A stretch of 61,171 nt of DNA, counting the filler. It is 6 parts of 6 records of this genome, joined end to end, with 100 filler letters (N's around TTAATTAATTAA, not from the genome) between each part and the next. Parts side by side here need not be neighbours in the genome. Positions count along the whole stretch, not along the records: positions 39,212 to 61,171 come from SRR2962707_4196; 5 more parts are not named here. One strand, given 5' to 3'. Positions 55,167 through 61,171 of the stretch are shown here, one piece after another. Under the pieces are notes generated by a model. That model saw only the letters and a list, made by a program, of their open reading frames with translations, made no database searches and was not told where the DNA came from. Both the position numbers and the translations under genes were made by a program. Position 1 is the first letter of the stretch. Every line of letters starts with the position of its first letter.

Positions 55167-55290
55167 GGCGGTCAATCCCTCGTTAGCACGCACGGTGTGT
55201 TGTAGAGCCTGTTTATGATCTTGCCGGGCACCTGATCGATGATGCGCCCCTTGTCCGGGCGATGCCAGCATGGGCCGGCCTCGCCATTAC

Positions 55291-55308
55291 AACTAACAAG
55301 TGTTAGTT
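55291..55308. promoter_or_regulatory. Perfect palindromic operator 1 (FabR/DesT-like)
   Basis: AACTAACA-ag-TGTTAGTT in the divergent reductase/TetR intergenic region. Confidence 0.75.
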
Positions 55309-55396
55309 ATTTTGTGATCGTTATGTCCGGATGTCAACAGCCTTCCACGGTTGTTGCAAGAAGCCTGCCTTTTATGGCTATATAGGGATAAGCAAT

Positions 55397-55414
55397 AACT
55401 AACAGTTGTTTGTT
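55397..55414. promoter_or_regulatory. Palindromic operator 2 (one mismatch) just before the TetR start
   Basis: AACTAACA-gt-TGTTTGTT, 4 bp upstream of ATG 55419. Confidence 0.7.
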
Positions 55415-55418
55415 GAAA

Positions 55419-56051
55419 ATGACGGAAACCCTGCGACAAAAGCAGAAAAAGGAAACCCGCGAACGGATTCTGGGCGCGGCCCGGCAGCTGATGGCCGGAG
55501 GGCGGGGCCTGGACAGCCTGGGATTGCGCGAGGTAGCCCGTGAAGCCGGCCTCGCCGCCACGTCTCTGTACAACCATTTTCCCGATATGGAAGCGTTGGG
55601 GCTGGCCTTGATTGACGAAGCCTGCTTTCGGTTGCGTGTCGCCATGTCGGAAGGGCGTCGCAGCATGATCGAGATCGGGCCGCGCCAGGCGATCCAGGAA
55701 CTGGTGGGCCGCTTTGGCCGCTTCATTCTGTCCAATGAAGGCGAGTTTCGTCTGTTGCTGCAGCAGAGGCTGGGGCGCAGCCGGCGCTACCGGGCGCGTA
55801 TTCACGGTGAGCTGCAACTGCTGGTGGATGAGCTGGCCGAGGACATTCGTTCCGTGGTGGCGGCCCAGGGGCGCCCGGCGGTGCCCGCCGAGCGTGAAGC
55901 GGAAGCGGCGGTATCGCTCATGTTCGGGCTTGGCGTGGCCATGCTCGATGTCTCCCCGGCGCGGCGTGAGGAGTTGGCGGCCAATGCGGTGGAGCAACTG
56001 GCGATCCTGGCTCTGGGAGGGCGCCGCTGGGCTCAGGGCGAGCGCCTCTAG
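55419..56051 (+). CDS. FabR/DesT-like TetR-family transcriptional regulator
   Basis: RQKQKKETRERIL..SLGLREVAREAGLAATSLYNHFPDMEALGLALIDE, close to the FabR N-terminus; FRLLLQQRLG. Confidence 0.85.
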   Translation: MTETLRQKQKKETRERILGAARQLMAGGRGLDSLGLREVAREAGLAATSLYNHFPDMEALGLALIDEACFRLRVAMSEGRRSMIEIGPRQAIQELVGRFGRFILSNEGEFRLLLQQRLGRSRRYRARIHGELQLLVDELAEDIRSVVAAQGRPAVPAEREAEAAVSLMFGLGVAMLDVSPARREELAANAVEQLAILALGGRRWAQGERL

Positions 56052-56166
56052 GCGTCTTCCGGCGGCTTCGTTACGGCAGCGAAATCGGCCGTCGGAGGCG
56101 CCATCAGCGGGCTGCCGCGATTTGTGCTACAATGCCGTCCTTTCCCAATCTATCCCCTGGAGCACA

Positions 56167-56526
56167 ATGGTAATCGTCAAAGGGCTCATTCCGGTGCGGG
56201 ATGATCTGCGGGATGACGCCTTGGCCCTGATTCAGACTCTGGCCCGCGAAGCGCGCCTCGAGGAGGGCTGCGTTTCATACGAAGTCTACGTACAGGCTGA
56301 CTCCCCCCGGGTCATCATGTTATGGCAGCAGTGGCGCGATCTGGACGCCCTTGAACGCCATTTCGATTCCGATCATTTGGATGATTTTCTCGATCGTATC
56401 CCCGACATGATCGACGGTGAAGTGCATTCATTGCGTTTCGACGTCACTGGAGAGGACGAAGAGGAAATCGACGACGTCCCGCCACGCCTCGACATGGTAT
56501 TGGGAGACGATACCGTCCTGCATTGA
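56167..56526 (+). CDS. Antibiotic biosynthesis monooxygenase (ABM)/putative quinol monooxygenase domain protein
   Basis: ARLEEGCVSYEVY..WRDLDALERHFDSDH, plus an acidic tail. Confidence 0.8.
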   Translation: MVIVKGLIPVRDDLRDDALALIQTLAREARLEEGCVSYEVYVQADSPRVIMLWQQWRDLDALERHFDSDHLDDFLDRIPDMIDGEVHSLRFDVTGEDEEEIDDVPPRLDMVLGDDTVLH

Positions 56527-56633
56527 CGCCGTATGTCGGTTTCGGCCATGGCGGCGTCCATTCCTTCCTGAGACCCTGTCGGTGAATCCCCTACACTGGG
56601 GAACCGGACGTGGATAACCGAGAACAAACGCTC

Positions 56634-57563
56634 ATGAAGACCCGTATCGATTCCGTGGATGACGTGATCGCCAGTTTTGCCCGCCAGGGCTACATATGCG
56701 ATCAACGCACCGCGCTGGCGGTCTACCTGGCCGCTCAACTGCAAAAGCCGATTCTGGTGGAAGGCCCGCCGGGGGTGGGCAAAACCGAGCTGGCTAAATC
56801 CGCTGCCGCCTTTCTGGAAGCGCCACTGATCCGCCTGCAATGTTACGAGGGGCTGGATGAGAGCCGCGCCCTGTACGAGTGGAAATACGGCAAGCAGTTG
56901 CTCTATACGCAATTGCTGCGCGACAAGCTCAGTTCCCTGCTGTCCGATACGGAGAACCTGGAACAGGGCATGGCGCGTCTCGGCGACCTGGGTGACGCTT
57001 TCTACAGCGATACTTTTCTGGAGCCTCGTCCTCTGTTGCGGGCGCTGCGCGCGGAGGAGCCGGTGGTGCTGTTGATCGACGAGATCGACAAAGCGGATCA
57101 GGAATTCGAGGCTTTCCTGCTGGAACTGCTCTCTGATTTTCAGATTTCCATCCCGGAACTGGGTACGGTACGTGCCCGCCATCGTCCCCTGGTGTTTCTC
57201 ACCAGTAACGACCAGCGTGAGCTGTCCGACGCTCTCAAGCGTCGCTGTCTGCATCTCTATATCCCCTATCCGGAACCGGATCTGGAACGGCGAATTGTCG
57301 CCGAGCGGGTGCCGGAGCTTGGTGATCGGTTGCGCGAGCAACTGGTGAGTTTCATTCAGCATCTGCGTGAGCAGGACATGAAGAAACTGCCCGCCATCTC
57401 CGAAACCCTGGACTGGGCCCGGGCTCTGGTGCTGTTGCACGCCGACAGTCTCGAGCCGGAACTGGTTGAGCAGACGCTGACCCTGATCCTCAAGAACGAA
57501 CAGGACGTGACGTTGGCGCGTGGCTTGTTACCGCATTGGTTCAGCAAGCAGCGCGCGGGCTGA
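56634..57563 (+). CDS. MoxR-family AAA+ ATPase (CoxD-like)
   Basis: LVEGPPGVGKTELAK, IRLQCYEGLDE..LYEW, LLIDEIDKAD, LLELLSDFQISIPELG, LSDALKRRCL; alternative GTG start at 56610. Confidence 0.92.
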   Translation: MKTRIDSVDDVIASFARQGYICDQRTALAVYLAAQLQKPILVEGPPGVGKTELAKSAAAFLEAPLIRLQCYEGLDESRALYEWKYGKQLLYTQLLRDKLSSLLSDTENLEQGMARLGDLGDAFYSDTFLEPRPLLRALRAEEPVVLLIDEIDKADQEFEAFLLELLSDFQISIPELGTVRARHRPLVFLTSNDQRELSDALKRRCLHLYIPYPEPDLERRIVAERVPELGDRLREQLVSFIQHLREQDMKKLPAISETLDWARALVLLHADSLEPELVEQTLTLILKNEQDVTLARGLLPHWFSKQRAG

Positions 57564-57572
57564 GGTCGAGTC

Positions 57573-58928
57573 ATGGCTGATCGTCGTTTGCATGAGTTCG
57601 TGCGTGCCTTGCGTGGGGCACAGATTCGTATTTCTCCGGTGGAAGCGGAAGAAGCGCTGCGGGCCGCGGCTCTGATCGGCTACCACCCGCGCGAACAGTT
57701 CCGGGAAACGCTGGCGCAGACCTTGGTCAAGGCCCAGGTGGACCGGGCCCGCTTCGATCAGTGCTTCGATGATTTTTTTCACTTCGAGTCCATTGCGGCG
57801 GATGGCGATGAAGACGCCGAGGTGGGGGCTTTGCCCGACACCACCGATATGGACACCGGAGATCTGTCGGAAACCACCGCCAATCTGCTTGCCCAGTCGC
57901 CGGAGCAACTGACTCAGAGTCTCGCCGAGGCCGCCGCCCAGCAGGACTTCACCGCTATGCAGGTCATTACCCAACAGGGACTGTTCGCCCGGCAGTTGGT
58001 GATGAACATGGGGATGGGGGCGGTGGACGACGATATTCTGCGTTTGGCGGCATCGCCGCGCCGCCGGGATCAGAACCGGGCGGAGCAGTTGCGGGATTGG
58101 CGCCAGCAGGTGCGGGAGCGGGCCAGCCAGTATGTGCGGCGGCAGTTCGAGTTGCACGGCCGGGCCCATGGCCGTGCGCTCAGGGAACACACCATGCGGG
58201 CGGCGCCGTTCCGTGAACTCCGTGAGTACCACCAGATTCAGGATCTGGTGCGACGCATGGCGCGCCGCCTTGCCGCTTTGCATCAACGCCGGCAAAAACG
58301 CGCCAAACGCGGCGCCATGGACGCCCGCCGTACCTTGGTCTCCAGCCTGCGCTATAACGCCGTGCCGGTGCAGTTGCACTGGCGTGAACGGCGCAAGCTG
58401 AAGAGCAAAGTGTATGTGATTTGCGATGTCTCCGGGTCGGTGCGTGAGGCGGCCCGGTTTTTGTTGCAGTTCCTCTATGCCATGAACGATGTTCTGCCCC
58501 AGGTGCGCAGCTTTGCTTTTGCCGCCCGCTTCGATGAGGTCACCGATGACTTCCGTCAATACCATCCCGAGGTGGCGGTGGGGCGTATTCTCGACCGGGT
58601 TTCCGGCAGCGGCACCGATTATGGCTACATGTTCGAGTCCTTCCAGGAGGCCTGTGGCCGGGAGATCGACCGGCGCAGCACAGTGATCATTCTGGGGGAT
58701 GCACGCAACAATGACTTGCCCGCGGGTGAGGAGCATCTGGCGGAAATCTCGCGCCGTGCCCGCCAGGTCTTCTGGTTGAACCCGGAGCATCCGTCACGCT
58801 GGAACAGCGGTGACGCCATCATGGCCAAATACGAACCCTACTGTCGGGCCGCCCGCCGCTGCTCCAGCCTGAACGATCTCAGCCGTTTCGTGGATTATCT
58901 TTTGCGGGCGCTGAACAACGCACAGTAG
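57573..58928 (+). CDS. VWA domain protein (CoxE-like)
   Basis: FVRALRGA, MIDAS DVSGS, GTDYG, ILGDARNN, WLNPE. Confidence 0.9.
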   Translation: MADRRLHEFVRALRGAQIRISPVEAEEALRAAALIGYHPREQFRETLAQTLVKAQVDRARFDQCFDDFFHFESIAADGDEDAEVGALPDTTDMDTGDLSETTANLLAQSPEQLTQSLAEAAAQQDFTAMQVITQQGLFARQLVMNMGMGAVDDDILRLAASPRRRDQNRAEQLRDWRQQVRERASQYVRRQFELHGRAHGRALREHTMRAAPFRELREYHQIQDLVRRMARRLAALHQRRQKRAKRGAMDARRTLVSSLRYNAVPVQLHWRERRKLKSKVYVICDVSGSVREAARFLLQFLYAMNDVLPQVRSFAFAARFDEVTDDFRQYHPEVAVGRILDRVSGSGTDYGYMFESFQEACGREIDRRSTVIILGDARNNDLPAGEEHLAEISRRARQVFWLNPEHPSRWNSGDAIMAKYEPYCRAARRCSSLNDLSRFVDYLLRALNNAQ

Positions 58929-59063
58929 TTGAAGTGAAATTTTAAAATGCGAACTGCTTCGCTCGCTTTTAACGCCATTTAACCCCTCTCCCGAACTCCC
59001 CCGGATAGCATAAGTCACACCGTTGTAACCCGAGTGGTTCGACTCGCAAGTAAGGAGTGATTT

Positions 59064-59615
59064 ATGTTGACCCGGAAATTCGCGACAGCAGTGGCCGTTA
59101 CTTTCTCGCTCACCGCAGGTGGGGCCTACGCGGCCGGTCCCTTTATCGGCGGCAACTACACTCAAATGCAATACGATAATGAGGAGTACGACAGCGATAC
59201 GCTGAAAATTGACTCCGCCGTTTTCCGTGCTGGGTATGAATTCAACGATTATCTGGGAATGGAAATCCGCGGTGGCATGGGATTCGATGAGGACTCCCGG
59301 GGTATCGTCGATTTTGAAATGGACAATATGTATGGCGCTTATGTGAAATTATCAGCGCCTCTGGCGGAATCGGTACATCCTTACATCATCGGCGGCTATA
59401 CCAAAATGAAAGGGACGGTGAAGGCCGAGGGGACCCTGGCGGGCGTCAATTATCAGGTGGATGACAGTCGCCGTTTCGAGGATCAATCCTATGGCGCGGG
59501 CATTGATGTGAATCTTACCGATACTCTGGGAATGAATCTGGAATACATGCGTTACTTCGACAAGGACGAAGAGGAAATTTCCGGCGTTAGCGTCGGTTTG
59601 CGGTCGGCGTTCTAA
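59064..59615 (+). CDS. Outer-membrane beta-barrel (OmpA-like 8-stranded) protein
   Basis: Signal peptide ending AYA, alternating beta strands (RAGYEFNDYLGMEIRGG, HPYIIGGYT, SYGAGIDV, LEYMRY), C-terminal Phe. Confidence 0.85.
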   Translation: MLTRKFATAVAVTFSLTAGGAYAAGPFIGGNYTQMQYDNEEYDSDTLKIDSAVFRAGYEFNDYLGMEIRGGMGFDEDSRGIVDFEMDNMYGAYVKLSAPLAESVHPYIIGGYTKMKGTVKAEGTLAGVNYQVDDSRRFEDQSYGAGIDVNLTDTLGMNLEYMRYFDKDEEEISGVSVGLRSAF

Positions 59616-59654
59616 CGTATCGGAGCGCGGTGGGGTAAGAGCCTGTTTAAGGCA

Positions 59655-60992
59655 TTACCCCACTTTCGACATCGCCATGCTGGATTGAAGGCGTGGCAAG
59701 AACGCTGAATGAACTCCCAGGGCTTTCATGGTCCAGTAGTGCCCGCTCACCACTCTCTCCACCAGTAATGTCCGGGACGAAGGCTGAAATGTCAGAAGCG
59801 CCGACAGTGGCGTCTTGCGTACCGTTTCCACGATATCCAGATGAACCCGGGCGTCTGCGAAATTGACCGGCTCGGGAGAAAATCCACTCAGTATCAAAGG
59901 CACCCAGCGATCGTAGAATCCCGGTGGCGGATGGCTGTCGGGCCGCCGCGCGCCCAGTTCAATCAAGCCGGCATCGAGGTGTTCCCAGTCGCCCTTGGTG
60001 GCGGCGTTGATGACCTTGCCGAACAACTCGATATCCTCTTCGCTCAGTTGCTTCACCGCGCCGAAATCGTACATCACAATACTGCCGTCCCGGCGGAAAG
60101 CGAAATTGCCGGGATGGGGATCGCAGTGCACCGTTCCTAGTTGGAAAATCTCCGCCGCCAGGGCGTCAAACAAGCGCTCACCCAACAGATTGCGTAGCGG
60201 CTGGTCGAAGCCATTCTCGTCGTTGACCTGGTGTAGAGGGACGCCGTCTTCGCGGCTCAGGGTGAGCACCGCCTCACCGGACAGAGAAGCGTGGACCCGG
60301 GGGATCACCAGCCAGGGCTGGTCACGGTGAAACTCGCGCAGGTGATTCAGATTGCGCGCTTCCTGATGGTAATCCAGCTCTTCGTTGAGTCGCGATCGGA
60401 TCTCCTGAAATACCGAGTCCAATGCGGCTTCATTCACCTTGAGCAGGCTGCCGAGTCTGAGGATGCGTTTCAGATGGCGCATATCCGAATCGATCGAGCT
60501 GCGCACCGCTGGATACTGCACCTTGACCACCACCGATTCTCCATCCCGGGTAACCGCGTCATGGACCTGGCCGATGGATGCGGCCGCGAACGGTGTTTCG
60601 GAAAACTCCCTGAAATGGTCGCCGAGTTTACCGCCCAGATGGGTTTCCAATTGCCGTCGGATAACGTGGAACGGCATTGGCGCGGAAGCGTTCTGCAGTA
60701 CCGCCAGTTGTTCACTGATTTCCTTGGGCAGAATGTCCTGCATCTGCGAGGCGATTTGCCCCACTTTCATCACCGCGCCTTTCATCTCTCCCAGCGTGGC
60801 CGCGACCTCCCGGCCAATATGGCGCATCAGGGCCTCGCGGTTGGTCTCTCGCAGAGCGTCATCCTGAAACCAGCTCTTGACCTGATGGGTGGCCACGCGA
60901 GTGGCGATGGAGGTGGTCATGCCCGTCAGTTTAAGCAGGCGTCCGCCGCCGGCAAGCGGATTGCGGATTCGTTTGGCCACGGTGCCCTCCAT
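59655..60992 (-). CDS. AarF/ABC1/UbiB-family atypical kinase
   Basis: MKGAVMKVGQ (KxGQ), PFAAASIGQVH, VVKVQYP, EELDY, HCDPHPGNF, YDFG. Confidence 0.93.
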   Translation of the reverse strand: MEGTVAKRIRNPLAGGGRLLKLTGMTTSIATRVATHQVKSWFQDDALRETNREALMRHIGREVAATLGEMKGAVMKVGQIASQMQDILPKEISEQLAVLQNASAPMPFHVIRRQLETHLGGKLGDHFREFSETPFAAASIGQVHDAVTRDGESVVVKVQYPAVRSSIDSDMRHLKRILRLGSLLKVNEAALDSVFQEIRSRLNEELDYHQEARNLNHLREFHRDQPWLVIPRVHASLSGEAVLTLSREDGVPLHQVNDENGFDQPLRNLLGERLFDALAAEIFQLGTVHCDPHPGNFAFRRDGSIVMYDFGAVKQLSEEDIELFGKVINAATKGDWEHLDAGLIELGARRPDSHPPPGFYDRWVPLILSGFSPEPVNFADARVHLDIVETVRKTPLSALLTFQPSSRTLLVERVVSGHYWTMKALGVHSAFLPRLQSSMAMSKVG

Positions 60993-61171
60993 GGGATCAC
61001 TACGGTGTTGGAGTTCCTATGGTGCTCTAATCCGGCAAGGAAGGCGATGGGGACCGCCCGGGACGGTGGTCACAAAAAAAGGCTCATCGCGGTTTGGTGG
61101 GAATGGGTATCTCCATCGGGGGGGGCGGTTCTGTACGGAGTCCTTCCGGGATCGCCGTGAATACGTCCATG

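Noticed and set aside
56634-58928. Carbon monoxide oxidation locus
   Set aside because: Only the CoxD/CoxE-like accessory pair is present, with no coxL/M/S.

Overview
This window is not one replicon. It is six unrelated contigs joined by an artificial 100-bp spacer (44 N + TTAATTAATTAA + 44 N) at 7353-7452, 16612-16711, 21735-21834, 28415-28514 and 39112-39211. Four contigs (1-7352, 7453-16611, 16712-21734, 28515-39111) come from an intron-containing, gene-dense eukaryote, probably a protist (stramenopile-like is inference only), and their ends lie in microsatellites. They encode: a WW-WW-TMEM242-like protein; a DEP/C2/IQ/C2/membrane protein; a large polyPro/WH2/CH/PH protein; a degenerate mitochondrial carrier; a MIB-SH3/SAM protein; GDAP2; a spliced glycosyltransferase-sulfotransferase-sulfotransferase fusion; and a USP with repeated UBA modules. 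One AT-rich contig (21835-28414) is a Flavobacteriaceae-like surface-polysaccharide locus with sulfate-activation genes (rfbC, rfbD, wecB, wecC, cysQ, DUF2061, cysC, cysD'). One GC-rich contig (39212-61171) is from an Alcanivorax-like gammaproteobacterium (uvrA', CsgD-like LuxR, yajR, ssb, gspN-C-D, TPR lipoprotein plus HAMP adenylate cyclase, epoxide hydrolase, two-domain fatty acyl-CoA reductase, FabR-like TetR with two operators, ABM, MoxR/VWA, OMP, ABC1 kinase). I found no CRISPR array, rRNA, tRNA or transposase. The best candidates for undescribed biology are: the eukaryotic GT4-ST-ST fusion; the FabR-like operator pair at the acyl-CoA reductase; the cyclase-lipoprotein pair next to the secretin; a REP-like element translated in frame at the start of rfbD; and the WW-TMEM242 fusion. 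All domain calls come from motif recognition by eye, not from database searches.
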